DNA of 64,000 nt, taken from assembly GCA_963766715.1 (NCBI GenBank), contig CAVYBH010000012.1:320001-384000 (forward strand), read 5' to 3'. Of the stretch, positions 10,438-24,340 are shown piece after piece. This DNA is from an uncultured delta proteobacterium (GTDB lineage Bacteria > Myxococcota > Myxococcia > Myxococcales > Anaeromyxobacteraceae). The notes beneath the pieces were generated by a model. The model saw nothing but the letters and a program-made list of their open reading frames with translations, had not been told where the DNA came from and did no database searches. The position numbers and the translations under genes are program-made. Position 1 is the first letter of the stretch; each line of letters begins with the position of its first letter.

Positions 10438-12060
10438 ATGAAGCACCAGATCGCCCGCCGGCGGACCTTCGCCATCATCTCGCACCCGGACGCCGGGAAG
10501 ACGACGCTCACCGAGAAGCTCCTGCTCTACGGCGGGGTCATCCAGCTGGCCGGCGCGGTGAAGGCCAAGCGGGGCCGCGCCAGCGCGGTCTCCGACTGGA
10601 TGGAGATGGAGCGGGAGCGCGGCATCTCCATCACCACCAGCGTCCTGCAGTTCCCCTACCGGGGGCTGCAGATGAACCTGCTCGACACCCCCGGCCACGC
10701 CGACTTCAGCGAGGACACCTACCGGACGCTGCACGCCGTGGACGGCGCGGTCATGCTCCTCGACAGCGCCAAGGGCGTCGAGGCCCAGACCCGCAAGCTC
10801 TTCCGGGTGTGCCGCCAGCGATCGATCCCCATCTTCACGTTCGTGAACAAGCTCGACCGCCCCGGCCGCGACGCCTTCGAGCTGATCGGCGAGGTGGAGA
10901 GCGTGCTCGGGATCGGGGTCTACCCCGTCACCTGGCCCATCTTCCGGAACGGGGTGTTTCGCGGCGTGTACCACCGCCTGCGAAAGCGCGTGTACCTGTT
11001 CGACGCCGACCGCGCCAACTCCAGCTCCACCACCGGGGCCGAGCGGCCGCCCGTGGAGGTGACCGGGATCGACGACGCGGCGCTCCGGGAGGAGCTCGAC
11101 GGGGTCGGCTACGACCGGCTCCGGCACGACGCGGAGCTGCTGGAGATGGCGGGGGACGAGTTCGACCGGGAGCGCTTCGAGGCGGGGCTGCTGTCGCCCA
11201 TGTTCTTCGGGAGCGCGGTGAACAACTTCGGCCTGGAGGCCTTCCTGGAGACCTTCTCGGAGCTGATGCCCCCGCCGCGGGCGCGCCCCTCCGACGCCGG
11301 CCCCATCGATCCGGCCCAGGAGGAGTTCAGCGGGTTCGTCTTCAAGATCCAGGCGAACATGGACAAGGCCCACCGGGACCGCGTGGCCTTCGTGCGCATC
11401 TGCTCGGGCAAGATGGTCCGCGGCATGAAGGTGACCCACGTCCGCACCGGCAAGGAGGTCCGGCTGGCGAGCCCCACCCAGTTCCTGGCTCGCGAGCGCA
11501 GCATCGTGGACGAGTCCTACGCCGGGGACGTGGTCGGCATCCACGACCCCGGGAACTTCGAGATCGGCGACACCCTCACGGGCGGCTCGCGCTTCGCCTT
11601 CGAGGCGATCCCCAGCTTCGCGCCGGAGCACTTCCGGAGGCTGGCGCTCGTCGACCCGATGCGGCGCAAGCAGTTCGCCACCGGCATCGAGCAGCTCGCC
11701 CAGGAGGGCACCGTCCAGCTCTACCGGCCCCCGGCGGGCCGGGCGGGAGACCTGGTGCTGGGCGCGCTCGGCCAGCTGCAGTTCGAGGTGGTGAAGTACC
11801 GCCTGGAATCGGAGTACGGGGTCGAGGTCCGCGTCGAGACGGTGCCCTGGGTGCTGGCCCGCTGGCCGGCCCGGGCCGACGGGACGCCCCTGGATCCCGA
11901 GCTGCTGCAGGACGCCGTGGAGGGCATGGTGGTCCTCGACGTGCGCGACCGGCCGGTGGTCCTCTTCGATCGCCCCTGGGCCCTGCAGACCGCGGAGCGG
12001 GTACACCCCGAGTACGTCTTCGCCGAGACCGCCACGGGCGTGGTGGTCCGCGCGGCCTAG
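10438..12060 (+). CDS. prfC: Peptide chain release factor 3
   Basis: [60 protein letters not shown]. Confidence 0.97.
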   Translation: MKHQIARRRTFAIISHPDAGKTTLTEKLLLYGGVIQLAGAVKAKRGRASAVSDWMEMERERGISITTSVLQFPYRGLQMNLLDTPGHADFSEDTYRTLHAVDGAVMLLDSAKGVEAQTRKLFRVCRQRSIPIFTFVNKLDRPGRDAFELIGEVESVLGIGVYPVTWPIFRNGVFRGVYHRLRKRVYLFDADRANSSSTTGAERPPVEVTGIDDAALREELDGVGYDRLRHDAELLEMAGDEFDRERFEAGLLSPMFFGSAVNNFGLEAFLETFSELMPPPRARPSDAGPIDPAQEEFSGFVFKIQANMDKAHRDRVAFVRICSGKMVRGMKVTHVRTGKEVRLASPTQFLARERSIVDESYAGDVVGIHDPGNFEIGDTLTGGSRFAFEAIPSFAPEHFRRLALVDPMRRKQFATGIEQLAQEGTVQLYRPPAGRAGDLVLGALGQLQFEVVKYRLESEYGVEVRVETVPWVLARWPARADGTPLDPELLQDAVEGMVVLDVRDRPVVLFDRPWALQTAERVHPEYVFAETATGVVVRAA

Positions 12061-13041
12061 GCCTCCGCGGTCGGGGGCGGGGGGAGCGCGATCGAGCGCC
12101 TCGTCCGCGTACGAGGTGGGGTCCTCGATGGCCTCGAGGTGGGTGAAGACGGAGACGTTCGGCACCACCTGCCGGATCTCGTGCTCGATCCGCTCGAGGA
12201 GCGCATGGCCGGCCGCCACGCTCCAGGCGCCCGGGACGAGCACGTGGACCGAGACGAAGCGGCGCGAGGCCGCCTGCCGGCTGCGCAGCGCGTGGAACTG
12301 GACCTCGGGGCCGCGGTGGGCGTCCAGGACCCGCTGCACGGCCGCCTGCTCGTCGGCGGGCAGGGCCGTGTCGAGGAGCCCGAGCGCGGAGCGGCGGACC
12401 AGCTGCGCGCCCGCCCAGGTGATGTTCACCGCCACGGCGATGGCCACGATGGGGTCGAGCCGCTCCCAGCCCGTCAGGGCCACGACGCCGATGCCCGCGA
12501 GCACCCCCGCCGAGGTCCAGACGTCGGTCATGAGGTGGTGGGCGTCCGCCTCCAGCGCGATGGAGTGGTGCTTGCGGCCGGCCCGGTACAGGACCCTCGC
12601 GACCCCGAAGTTGATGAGGGAAGCGCCCGTGGAGACGAGCAGGCCGATGCCGATCTTCTCGATGGGGGCAGGGTGGAGCAGCCGGTCGACGGCCGACCAG
12701 GCGATCGCCACGGCCGCGACGATGATGAGCCCCCCCTCCACCCCGCTCGCGAAGTACTCGGCCTTGTCGTGCCCGTAGGCGTGCTCGGCGTCCGGCGGCC
12801 GGGCCGAGACGGTGAGCATCCCGAGCGTGGTCACGGCGGCCACCAGGTTCACCACCGACTCGGCGGCGTCGGAGAGGAGCCCGACCGATCCGGTCAGGAG
12901 CCAGGCGGTGGTCTTGAGCCCGATGGTGGCGACCGCGGCGGCGATGGAGAGCCAGGCGAAGCGGGCGAGCGATCGCCTTCCGGGGGGGGACCCGACGGCA
13001 GGGGCAGGGGCACGCGCGGGGGCCTGCTCCGGGGCGGTCAT
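12057..13041 (-). CDS. Cation diffusion facilitator (FieF-like); 3' end inferred across a homopolymer frameshift ~12075
   Basis: [27 protein letters not shown] and C-terminal THLE; ATG overlaps the DAHP synthase stop; nearest out-of-frame TAG at 12057-12059. Confidence 0.9.
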
Positions 13042-14114
13042 CGGTGCGGGCGCTCCCGCGTGGGCAGGACCTCCTTCAGGACCTCCCGGGCGCCGCGAAG
13101 CATCTCCACCGTGGCATCCCAGCTCACGCAGGCATCGGTGACCGAGCAGCCGTAGCGGAGCTTCGAGAGGTCGGCGGGGATCGGCTGGCTGCCGCCCTCG
13201 ATGAAGCTCTCGACCATCATGCCCACCACCGAGCGGTTCCCTTCGCGGATCTGGTGGACGACGTCCCGCATGACGAGCGGCTGCAGCTCCGGCTTCTTCC
13301 AGGAGTTGGCGTGGGAGCAGTCGACGACCAGGTTCTTCGGGAGCCCGGCCTTGGCCAGGGCCTCCTCGGCCAGCGTGATGGAGACGGTGTCGAAGTTGGG
13401 ACGGCCGCCCCCGCCGCGGAGCACCAGGTGACCGTGCCGGTTGCCCCGGGTCCGCACGATCGCGGAGCGCCCCTGGCCGCTGATGCCCAGGAAGCTGTGA
13501 GGGCGTCCCGCCGAGACGATGGCGTTCACGGCGCCGTCGATGTCGCCGTCGGTCCCGTTCTTGAAGCCGACCGGCGTGGAGAGACCCGAGGACATCTCCC
13601 GGTGGGTCTGCGACTCGGAGGTGCGGGCGCCGATGGCGGTCCAGGCGATGAGGTCGCCGTAGTACTGGGGTGCGATGGGGTCGAGCGCCTCGGTTCCGGC
13701 CGGGACGCCCAGCTCGTTCACCTCGAGCAGGAACTGCCGCCCGCGCTCCATCCCCTCGTCGATCCGGAAGGAGTCGTCCATCCGGGGGTCGTTCACGAAC
13801 CCCTTCCAGCCCAGCGAGGTGCGCGGCTTCTCGAAGTAGACCCGCATGACGAGGAAGAGGGTGTCGGACAGCTCGGTGGCCAGGCCGCGAAGGCGGCGCG
13901 CGTAGTCGAGGCCGGCGACGGGGTCGTGGATCGAGCAGGGGCCCACCACCACGAAGAGGCGGCGGTCGCGCCCCTCGAGGATGGCCTCGATGGTGCGGCG
14001 GGCCTCGACGACGGTGGCGGCGGCGGCCTCCGAGAGGGGGTGGCGGCGCAGGACCTCCTCGGGCGACGGCATGAGGTCGAAGGCCGCGATGTTCAGGTTT
14101 TCTGTTCGCTGCAT
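13038..14114 (-). CDS. aroG: 3-deoxy-7-phosphoheptulonate (DAHP) synthase, class I-alpha
   Basis: [54 protein letters not shown]; aroF/G/H isoform not distinguishable. Confidence 0.93.
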   Translation of the reverse strand: MQRTENLNIAAFDLMPSPEEVLRRHPLSEAAAATVVEARRTIEAILEGRDRRLFVVVGPCSIHDPVAGLDYARRLRGLATELSDTLFLVMRVYFEKPRTSLGWKGFVNDPRMDDSFRIDEGMERGRQFLLEVNELGVPAGTEALDPIAPQYYGDLIAWTAIGARTSESQTHREMSSGLSTPVGFKNGTDGDIDGAVNAIVSAGRPHSFLGISGQGRSAIVRTRGNRHGHLVLRGGGGRPNFDTVSITLAEEALAKAGLPKNLVVDCSHANSWKKPELQPLVMRDVVHQIREGNRSVVGMMVESFIEGGSQPIPADLSKLRYGCSVTDACVSWDATVEMLRGAREVLKEVLPTRERPHR

Positions 14115-14219
14115 GGCTCCCCATGGAATAGCCCATCGGCGAGCCGAGCGCATCCGGCGCGGGGCCGCCGGGTGCGACGGGGCCCTCCCCCGGGATTCAC
14201 CAATGGTCAATCACGGGGG

Positions 14220-14233
14220 TTGACCAGGATCAA
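14220..14233. promoter_or_regulatory. FNR/CRP-family binding site upstream of the hydrogenase operon
   Basis: TTGAC-CAGG-ATCAA, one mismatch from TTGAT-N4-ATCAA, in the divergent aroG/hydrogenase intergenic region. Confidence 0.7.
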
Positions 14234-14367
14234 GTTGGAGTATCCGCAAAGCGAACGTTTGCCAGATCCTGCGAGGGTTTGCCCCCCAACAGAGACCGGT
14301 CGCGGCGTGGACTGTCGCCGACCTCATCTGGCAGCATCCGCGGAACGCGATCGCGGGGAGGTCCGGC

Positions 14368-15496
14368 ATGGAATCGGAGACCAGGGAGCAGGGTCCCTCG
14401 ACGTGGGACGTCCTGCGGGAGCACGGGCTCGACCGCCGCACCTTCCTCAAGTTCTGCACGACCATGACCGCCACGATGGGGCTCGAGGCCACCTTCGTCC
14501 CGGACGTGGTCCACGCCCTCGAGGCCAAGCCCCGCATCCCGGTCCTCTGGATGGAGGGGCTCTCCTGCACCTGCTGCACCGAGTCCTTCACCCGGTCGTC
14601 GCACCCCCTCGTCGCGGACGTCATCCTCACGCTGCTCTCCCTCGACTACCAGCCGACCCTCCAGGCCGCGGCCGGGTTCCAGGCCGAGGAGATCGTCGAG
14701 CAAGCTCATCCGGGAGAAGCCCGGGCAGTACGTCCTCGCCGTGGAGGGGAACGCGCCGCTCGCCGACGGCGGCGTCTACTGCATGGAGGGCGGACGCACC
14801 TTCGCCGACCGGCTGAAGGAGGCGGCCGACAAGGCCCGCTTCGTCGTGGCCTGGGGGAACTGCGCCACCGCGGGCTGCGTGCAGGCGGCCGCGCCGAACC
14901 CCACCCAGGCCACGCCGGTCCACGAGATGGTGACGAACAAGCCGGTCATCAACGTGTCCGGATGTCCGCCCATTCCCATCGTGATGACGGGGATCCTCAC
15001 CTACATCCTCACCTTCGACCGGCTGCCCGAGCTCGACCGGCTCGGGCGCCCGAAGATGTTCTACCTGCAGCGGATCCACGACAAGTGCTACCGCCGGGCC
15101 TTCTTCGACGCCGGCCAGTACGTGCACGCCTGGGACGACGAGGGAGCCCGCCTCGGCCACTGCCTCTACAAGATGGGCTGCCGGGGCCCGACCACCTACA
15201 ACTACTGCTCGACCTTCAAGTGGAACGAGGGGACCTCCTGGCCCATCGGCGCCGGGCACGGATGCATCGGCTGCAGCGAGCCCGGCTTCTGGGACGACGG
15301 CCCGTTCTTCCAGCGGCTCGCCAACATCCCGCAGATCAACATCGACAGCTGGCCGGAGACCGTCGGGAAGGTCGTGGCAGGGGCCGCCGCCATCGGGGCG
15401 GGCGCGCACGCCGTCTCGGCCATCGCCAAGCACACGGTGAAGCCCGAGGAGAAGATCCCGGTGGAGCCGGACAGCGACACGAAGGGGCAGGGCTGA
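14368..15496 (+). CDS. hyaA: [NiFe]-hydrogenase small subunit, group 1 (Tat-exported); frameshift ~14705
   Basis: RRTFLKFC Tat motif, [45 protein letters not shown]-terminal TM with His. Confidence 0.93.
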
Positions 15497-15499
15497 GCC

Positions 15500-17227
15500 A
15501 TGACGAATCGAGTCGTCGTCGACCCGGTCACGCGCATCGAGGGACACCTCCGCATCGAGGCCATGCTGGACGACAAGAACGTCATCCGGGACGCCATGTC
15601 GACCGGCACCATGTGGCGCGGCATCGAGGTCATCCTGCAAGGGCGCGATCCGCGCGACGCCTGGGCGTTCTGCGAGCGCATCTGCGGCGTGTGCACGAGC
15701 ATCCACGCACTCGCCTCGGTGCGGTCCGTGGAGAACGCGCTCGGGATCCAGGTTCCCCCGGCCGCGTCGGCGATCCGGAACATCATGTACCTGGCGCAGC
15801 AGATCCACGACCACCTGGTCCACTTCTACCAGCTGCAGGCGCTCGACTGGGTGGACGTGGTCTCGGCCCTGAAGGCGGACCCCGTGGCCACCGCGGCGCT
15901 GGCCCAGAAGGTCTCGCCGGGCTGGTATCCGAACGACGCGGGCTACTTCCGGGACATCGCGGCGACGCTCGAGCGCTTCGTCAAGTCCGGCCAGCTGGGG
16001 ATCTTCGCGAACGCCTACTGGGGACACCCGGCCTACAAGCTCCCGCCCGAGGCCAACCTCATGGCGGTGGCGCACTACCTCGAGGCGCTCAAGATCCAGA
16101 AGGACATCGTCAAGGTCCACGCCGTCTTCGGCGGCAAGAACCCGCACCCGAACTACGTCGTGGGGGGCATGGCCTGCTCCATCGCCATGAACAGCGACAA
16201 CGCGATCGGGATGGACCAGCTGAACCTGGTCGGACAGGTCATCCGGGCGCACCGGAACGTGGTCGAGAAGATGTACTACCCGGACGTGCTGGCGGTCGCC
16301 TCCTTCTACCCGGAGTGGACGAAGCTGGGCGGCGGGCTCGGCAACTACATGTCCTACGGCGACCTGCCCGCGCAGGGGAACATCGCCGACGTGGCCAGCT
16401 TCCGCATGCCCCGCGGCGCCATCCTCGGGAAGGACCTCTCGAGGATCCTGCCGGTCGATCCGACCGACACCACGCAGGTGCTCGAGGCCGTGGATCACTC
16501 CTGGTACCAGTATCCGGCGGGCACGACCGCGCTCAACCCCTGGGAGGGCATCACCAAGCCGAACTACACCGGGCCGAAGCCGCCCTTCCAGTACCTCGAC
16601 GAGAAGAAGCCGTACTCCTTCATCAAGGGGCCCCGCTGGAAGGGCAACGCGATGGAGGTGGGGCCGCTGGCGCGCATGCTCATCGGCTACGCGGCCGGGC
16701 GTTCCGAGTACAAGGACGTCGTGGGGGAGGCGCTCGGGGCGCTGAAGCTCGGTCCCGAGGCGCTGTTCTCGACCATCGGCCGGACCGCGGCGCGCGTGCT
16801 GGAGACCCGGCTCTGCGCGGCCTGGCTGCAGGACGAGTTCGACGCCCTCGTCGGGCACATCAAGGCCGGCCAGACCTCGACGGCCAACACCTCGAAGTGG
16901 AACCCCTCCACCTGGCCCGCGGAGGCCAAGGGCTTCGGGCACGTGGAGGCGCCGCGAGGGGCGCTGGGGCACTGGGTGCGCATCAAGGACGGGAAGATCG
17001 CCAACTACCAGGCCGTGGTCCCCACCACCTGGAACGGGTCGCCGCGCGACGAGAAGGGGCAGCTCGGCGCGTTCGAGTCGTCGCTCCTCGGGACGCCCAT
17101 GGCGAACCCCAAGCTGCCGCTCGAGATCCTGCGCACCATCCACTCGTTCGACCCCTGCCTCGCCTGCGCCACCCACGTGCACGACGCCGAGGGCAACGAG
17201 GTGGGGAGCGCCATCGTGGTGCGATAG
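15500..17227 (+). CDS. hyaB: [NiFe]-hydrogenase large subunit
   Basis: DPVTRIEGH, L1 ERICGVC, L2 DPCLACATH plus a 16-aa cleavable tail. Confidence 0.97.
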   Translation: MTNRVVVDPVTRIEGHLRIEAMLDDKNVIRDAMSTGTMWRGIEVILQGRDPRDAWAFCERICGVCTSIHALASVRSVENALGIQVPPAASAIRNIMYLAQQIHDHLVHFYQLQALDWVDVVSALKADPVATAALAQKVSPGWYPNDAGYFRDIAATLERFVKSGQLGIFANAYWGHPAYKLPPEANLMAVAHYLEALKIQKDIVKVHAVFGGKNPHPNYVVGGMACSIAMNSDNAIGMDQLNLVGQVIRAHRNVVEKMYYPDVLAVASFYPEWTKLGGGLGNYMSYGDLPAQGNIADVASFRMPRGAILGKDLSRILPVDPTDTTQVLEAVDHSWYQYPAGTTALNPWEGITKPNYTGPKPPFQYLDEKKPYSFIKGPRWKGNAMEVGPLARMLIGYAAGRSEYKDVVGEALGALKLGPEALFSTIGRTAARVLETRLCAAWLQDEFDALVGHIKAGQTSTANTSKWNPSTWPAEAKGFGHVEAPRGALGHWVRIKDGKIANYQAVVPTTWNGSPRDEKGQLGAFESSLLGTPMANPKLPLEILRTIHSFDPCLACATHVHDAEGNEVGSAIVVR

Positions 17228-17236
17228 GAGGACGAC

Positions 17237-17980
17237 ATGCCCGTGACCTCCCAGCCCCGGCCGTTCACGTCGGACGACTTCGCCCGGAACCCCGGCGACT
17301 ACTACCGGGCCGGGTACGTCTGGCAGCTCCCGGTGCGGGTCACCCACTGGGTGTCGGCCATCTGCATCACGACGCTCTTCCTCACCGGGCTCTACATCGC
17401 GAACCCGGTCTTCTCCCCGGAGGGGGAGGCCTGGCGGAACTTCCTCATGGGGTGGATGCGCAAGCTCCACTTCGCGGCGGGGTTCGTCTTCGCGGTGAGC
17501 TGGTGCGCCCGCGCCTACTGGTTCTTCTTCGGCAACAACTACGCCCGATCCGGCTTCCCCATGTTCTGGAGGGGCGCCTGGTGGCGCGACCTGTGGCGGC
17601 AGGCCTGGGAATACCTGAAACTGAAGCCCGGCCCCATCCACCTGGGGCACAACGCGCTGGCGGGGCTCTCCTACACGATCGGCGTCGTCTTCCTGGGTGG
17701 GTTCCAGATCGCGACCGGGTTCGCGCTCTTCTCCCAGGACGCGCCCAACGGGCCGATGAACCGGATCTTCGGCTTCCTGCTCCCGCTCCTGGGCGGCCCG
17801 TTCCGCGTGACCAGCTTCCACCTCGTGGTGGCCTGGTTCATCGCGACCTTCGTCATCCTGCACGTCTACATCGTGATCTACGACTCGACGCAGTATCGCA
17901 ACGGGCTCGTCTCTGCGATGATCACCGGCCGCAAGTTCTACCAGAAGAAGGACGTGGTGCAGGACACCTGGCTCGGCTGA
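17237..17980 (+). CDS. hyaC: Ni/Fe-hydrogenase cytochrome b subunit
   Basis: VWQLPVRVTHW, LHF, GHNALA, FHL and LHVY His ligands; SAMITG end. Confidence 0.92.
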   Translation: MPVTSQPRPFTSDDFARNPGDYYRAGYVWQLPVRVTHWVSAICITTLFLTGLYIANPVFSPEGEAWRNFLMGWMRKLHFAAGFVFAVSWCARAYWFFFGNNYARSGFPMFWRGAWWRDLWRQAWEYLKLKPGPIHLGHNALAGLSYTIGVVFLGGFQIATGFALFSQDAPNGPMNRIFGFLLPLLGGPFRVTSFHLVVAWFIATFVILHVYIVIYDSTQYRNGLVSAMITGRKFYQKKDVVQDTWLG

Positions 17981-18029
17981 CCGGAAGCTCCCCGGCTCGA
18001 GCCCGGGCCGGCGCCACGGACGGGACCCC

Positions 18030-19983
<1,954 letters not shown>

Positions 19984-20375
19984 CCGTCCGGGTCCTCGAC
20001 GAAGGCGATGACCGTGGTGCCGTGCTTCATGGGGCCGGCGGCTCGGACGACCTTGCCGCCCCGCCGCTCGATCTCGGCGCAGGCGGCGTACGCGTCGGGA
20101 ACCTCGAGGGCCACGTGGCCGAAGCCGCTCCCCAGGTCGTAGCGCTGCGGTGTCCCAGTTCCAGGTGAGCTCGATGGCGGCGGCCTCCGACTCGGGCGCG
20201 TAGCCCACGAAGGCCAGCGTGAAGCGTCCGTCCGGGTACTCGTGGCGCCGCAGCAGCCTCATGCCCAGCACCTCGGTGTAGAAGCGGATGGACCGGTCGA
20301 GGTCCCCCACGCGGATCATGGTGTGCAGGATGCGCATGCCGTGGGTCTATCCCGGGGGGCCGCCCTCCGCAGCGG

Positions 20376-21162
20376 TCAGCCGTACATCTTGCGGGTGCTG
20401 TTGCCCATGAACCGGATCGCGGCGGGCCGGGAGAGGAGCCGCTGCATGACGAAGTTCACGGCGCGGTTCAGCCGGCCAGCCACCACCACCGGCTGGCGTC
20501 CCAGGGCGGCGAGCGCCTCCTCCACGACCGGGGCCGCCTCCATCATCGGCACCTTCTTCCGGGGACGGGAGGCCTCGTAGCTCGGAGTGCGGGTCGGGCC
20601 GGCGCGGCAGGCGAGCACGTCCACGCCGGCGGACCGGAGCTCGTCCCAGAGCCCCTCGGCGAGGACGATTCTCGAAGGCCTTGGAGGCGGCGTAGGCGGC
20701 GACGATGGGGGTGCCCTGGCCGCCGGCCAGGGACGACATGAGCAGGATGCCGCCGCGGCCCCGGGAGACCATCTTCCGGGCGAAATGGTGCGCCATGGCG
20801 ACCGGCGCCCGGCAATTCACGTCGATCACCTTCATGAGGTCGTCGAGGGGCCGGTCGAGGAAGGGTCCCAGCGCGGAGAAGGCGGCGTTGTGGACGAGGA
20901 GCCCCACCTCGGCGTCGCCGGCCAGGGCATCGAGCACGGCGAGGAGGTCGGGACGAGCGACGTCGGCCGACGCGATGCGGACCTGGATCGCGTGGGCCGA
21001 GCGGAGCTCGGCGGCGAGGGACTCGAGGGGCCCCTCGCGCCGAGCCACCAGCAGGAGGTGAAATCCACGGGAGGCGAGGGCGCGGGCGAAGGACTCGCCG
21101 ATGCCCTCCGAGGCGCCGGTGATGAGCGCCCAGGGGCCGTATCGGGCCCGGAAGTCCTTCAT
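20376..21162 (-). CDS. SDR family oxidoreductase (ketoacyl reductase/17beta-HSD-like); frameshift ~20670
   Basis: YGPWALITGASEGIG, HNAA, YAASK. Confidence 0.88.
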
Positions 21163-21205
21163 CGCGCCTCCCACGGGTCCCGCCGGAACTTCAGGACGCC
21201 GCTGC

Positions 21206-21699
21206 CTACTTGAACGAGAAGTTGAAGATGGGGAAGACCGGCAGCATGCCGCCCTTCTGGATGATGTTGATGAGGCCGATCTGGACGCCTTCCATCGTGA
21301 CGGTGTTGTTCACGAAGCCGAGCTGGAGCCCCTTCACGTGCTTCGCCTGGTTGTAGAAGCCCCATCTGGAGCCCCTCGAAGCTGCCCTCGTTCAGGCGAG
21401 ACGAAGTTCCACTGCCAGCCGACGGCGTTGCCCTGGACGATGCTGACGAAGCCCCACTGGACGCCCTCGAGGCCGCCGGAGGTCACGTTGACGAGGCCGA
21501 GGTCGAAGCCGTTCACGAAGGTGTTCTTCCCGTAGATGAGGCTGAAGCGGAAGCCGCTGATGCCCTGGTTCTCGGGAACGATTTGGACCGGGGTGACGAG
21601 ACCGAGGGAGATGGGCTTTCCGCCCGACTCGGCGCGGGAGGTGGCGGGGGACGCCAGCAGGACGGCGAGGAGGGGAATGGCAAATGCGAGTCGGCGCAT
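21206..21699 (-). CDS. Secreted G-x-Q-x-G-x-x-N repeat (LA_2272-like) protein; frameshifts ~21397 and ~21360
   Basis: Signal peptide, then [48 protein letters not shown] repeats; ends [15 protein letters not shown]. Confidence 0.7.
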
Positions 21700-21721
21700 G
21701 ATCTTCTCCTGTGGGTGAGAG

Positions 21722-24037
21722 TCAACGCAGAGCTTCCGTTAGCGCATTCCTTATAGCATCCGGGGATGCCTTGCCCTTCGTTTCCCTCATGACCGCCCCA
21801 AACAGGAATGCGAGCAGCTTGGTCTCCCCCGCCCGGTAGCGGGCCACCTCGGCGGCCTGGGCGGCCAGGACGCGGGCCACGGCGCCCTCCACCGCAGCGC
21901 GGTCGTCGACCTTCTCGAGCCCGAGCTCGGCGAGGCGCGCGGCCGGGTCGCCCCCGCGCTCGACGAGGCTCGCGAGCAGCGCCTTGGCGCCCGCGCCGGT
22001 GGTGCGCCCGGACTCGGCGAGCACGACGAAGCGCCCGAAGTCGGCGGCCCGGAGCGGCAGCTGGCCGAGCGGCACGTCGCCGGCGAGCCCCTGGAGCTCG
22101 TTCAGCAGCCAGCGGGCGACCGGACCCGCCGGTCCACCGGCCTCCACGGCGGCGTCGAACCAGGCCACCGTGGCGGCGTCGGCCGCGAGAAGGTCGGCCT
22201 GGTCGGCGGACAGCCCGGGTGTGGCGGAGAGGCGAGCGTGGAGGGCGGCCAGGGCCGGGTCGGCGGCCCGGAGGTCGGCCCGGGCGTCGCCGCGGGACTT
22301 CCGCGGCGGGGAGGCGGCCGCTGGCTCCTTCGCCGGGCGGGCCGCCGCTCGCCGGGGCGCGGGGGGGGTGGCGCGAGCCGCCCAGGTGTCCTTCAGCGTG
22401 AGGGTCCGGTTGAAGACCGGGGCGCCGGGCCGGGAGTCGACCGGGTCGACGAAGAAGTAGCCCTCTCGCAGGAACTGCCAGTGCGTGCCGGGCGCGGCGT
22501 CGCGGAGCGCCGGCTCGACCCGGGCGCCTGGCGCCGAGGAGAGCGAGTCGGGATTGAGGACGGCGAGGAAGTCGTCCTCGGCGTCGGGCTTCTCGACGGT
22601 GAAGAGCCGGTCGTAGAGCCGGACCGCGGCAGGCACGGAGCGGGACGCCTCGACCCAGTGGAGGGTCCCCACGCCGCGTCGGGCGGTGCCCGCCGAGTCG
22701 CGCGAGGCCGGGTCGTGGGAGCAGCGGATCTCCACCACCTCGCCGGACGGGCCGCGCACGACCTCGTCGCAGCGGACCACGTAGGCGCCGGCCAGGCGGA
22801 CCTCCCGCCCGGGCGCGAGGCGCTTCCAGTCGGCGGGTGGCTCCGAGGAGAAGTCGTCCCGCTCGATGAGGAGGCTCCCGCCGAACGGGACCTTGCGGCT
22901 TCCTCCCCGGGCGGGATCGGCTGGCCACCAGGGCAGGTCGAGCTCCTCGATGCGGCCAGCGCTCCCAGGTGGTGAGGGTGAGGGGGAGGGGGTCGAGGAC
23001 GGCGAGGGCGCGGGGGGACCGCGATTCCAGGTCTCCGCGGACCGCGAACTCGAACTTGCCGATGTCGACCACGCTGTTGTTCTTGGCGACGCCAATCAGG
23101 TCGGCGAAGTCCCGCAGCGCCTGCGGCGTCACGCCGCGCCGGCGCATCCCCGCGATGGTGGGCATGCGCGGATCGTCCCAGCCCGCGACGCGCTTCTCGT
23201 TCACGAGCTGGAGGAGCTTGCGCTTCGACATGACCGTGTAGCCGAGCGCCAGCCGGGCGAACTCGTACTGGTGCGGACGGGGGGCCCAGGGCCCGGTGCT
23301 CTCGAGCACCCAGTCGTAGAGCTCGCGGTTCGACTCGAACTCCAGCGTGCAGATGGAATGGGTCACGCCCTCGATGGCGTCCTCGAGCGGGTGGGCCCAG
23401 TCGTACATGGGGTAGATGCACCAGGCGTCGCCGGTACGGTGGTGGTCGGCGTGCCGGATCCGGTAGAGGAGCGGGTCGCGCAGGAGCACGTTCGGGTGCG
23501 CCATGTCGATGCGGGCCCGGAGCACGCAGGCCCCGTCCTCGAACTCCCCGGCGCGCATCCGCCGGAACAGGTCGAGGCTCTCCGCGGCGGGGCGGTCCCG
23601 GAACGGGCTCGCCACGCCAGGGCGGTCGAAGCTGCCGCGCTGCTCCCGGATGGCCTCCTGGGGCTGGCTGTCGACGTAGGCCTTCCCGTCCCGGACGAGC
23701 CGCTCGGCGCACTCGTACATCTTCTCGAAGTAGTCGGAGGCGTAGTGGAGGTGCGTCCCCCAGTCCCCCCCAGCCAGCGGACGTCGGCCTGGATCGACTC
23801 GACGTACTCGGTCTCCTCGGTGGTGGGGTTCGTGTCGTCGAAGCGGAGGTTCGCGTGCCCCCCGTACCGCGCCGCCAGGCCGAAGTTGAGCAGGATCGAC
23901 TTGGCGTGCCCGATGTGGAGGAAGCCGTTCGGCTCGGGAGGGAAGCGGGTCACGACGGGGCCCCGCACGCGCCCGGAGGCCAGGTCGGCGTCGATGATGT
24001 CGGTCAGGAAGTTGGACGGGCGCGCCGCGTCAGCCAT
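21722..24037 (-). CDS. glnS: Glutamine--tRNA ligase with C-terminal GatB/YqeY-type domain; frameshifts ~23765 and ~22962
   Basis: [52 protein letters not shown]; tail [26 protein letters not shown]. Confidence 0.95.
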
Positions 24038-24103
24038 CCGGGGCGTGTACCGCAGCCATGAACCGCTCGCAACTACGCGGAAGGAGGGTATCCTCGTGCG
24101 GGC

Positions 24104-24340
24104 ATGGAGGCCTTCCTCGACGGCTCGAGTCCACTCCACTGGGTGGTGGTCGTGGTGCTCCTCGTCTCCGGTGCGCTGACCGCGTGGATGGGAATCCGCG
24201 ACGGGTTCATCCGCCGGGAGGTGCGCACGAACTCCGGGCCCATGCGAGGAGGAAAGGCCGTCCTCGCCGGGGCGCTATACGCCGCGTTCGGGCTCGCCGG
24301 CGTCGTCGGCGCGGTCCTCTTCGTGCTCCGGGCCCGTTAG
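24104..24340 (+). CDS. Small hypothetical membrane protein (2 TM)
   Basis: 78 aa with two hydrophobic segments; TATCCT 9 nt upstream. Confidence 0.55.
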   Translation: MEAFLDGSSPLHWVVVVVLLVSGALTAWMGIRDGFIRREVRTNSGPMRGGKAVLAGALYAAFGLAGVVGAVLFVLRAR

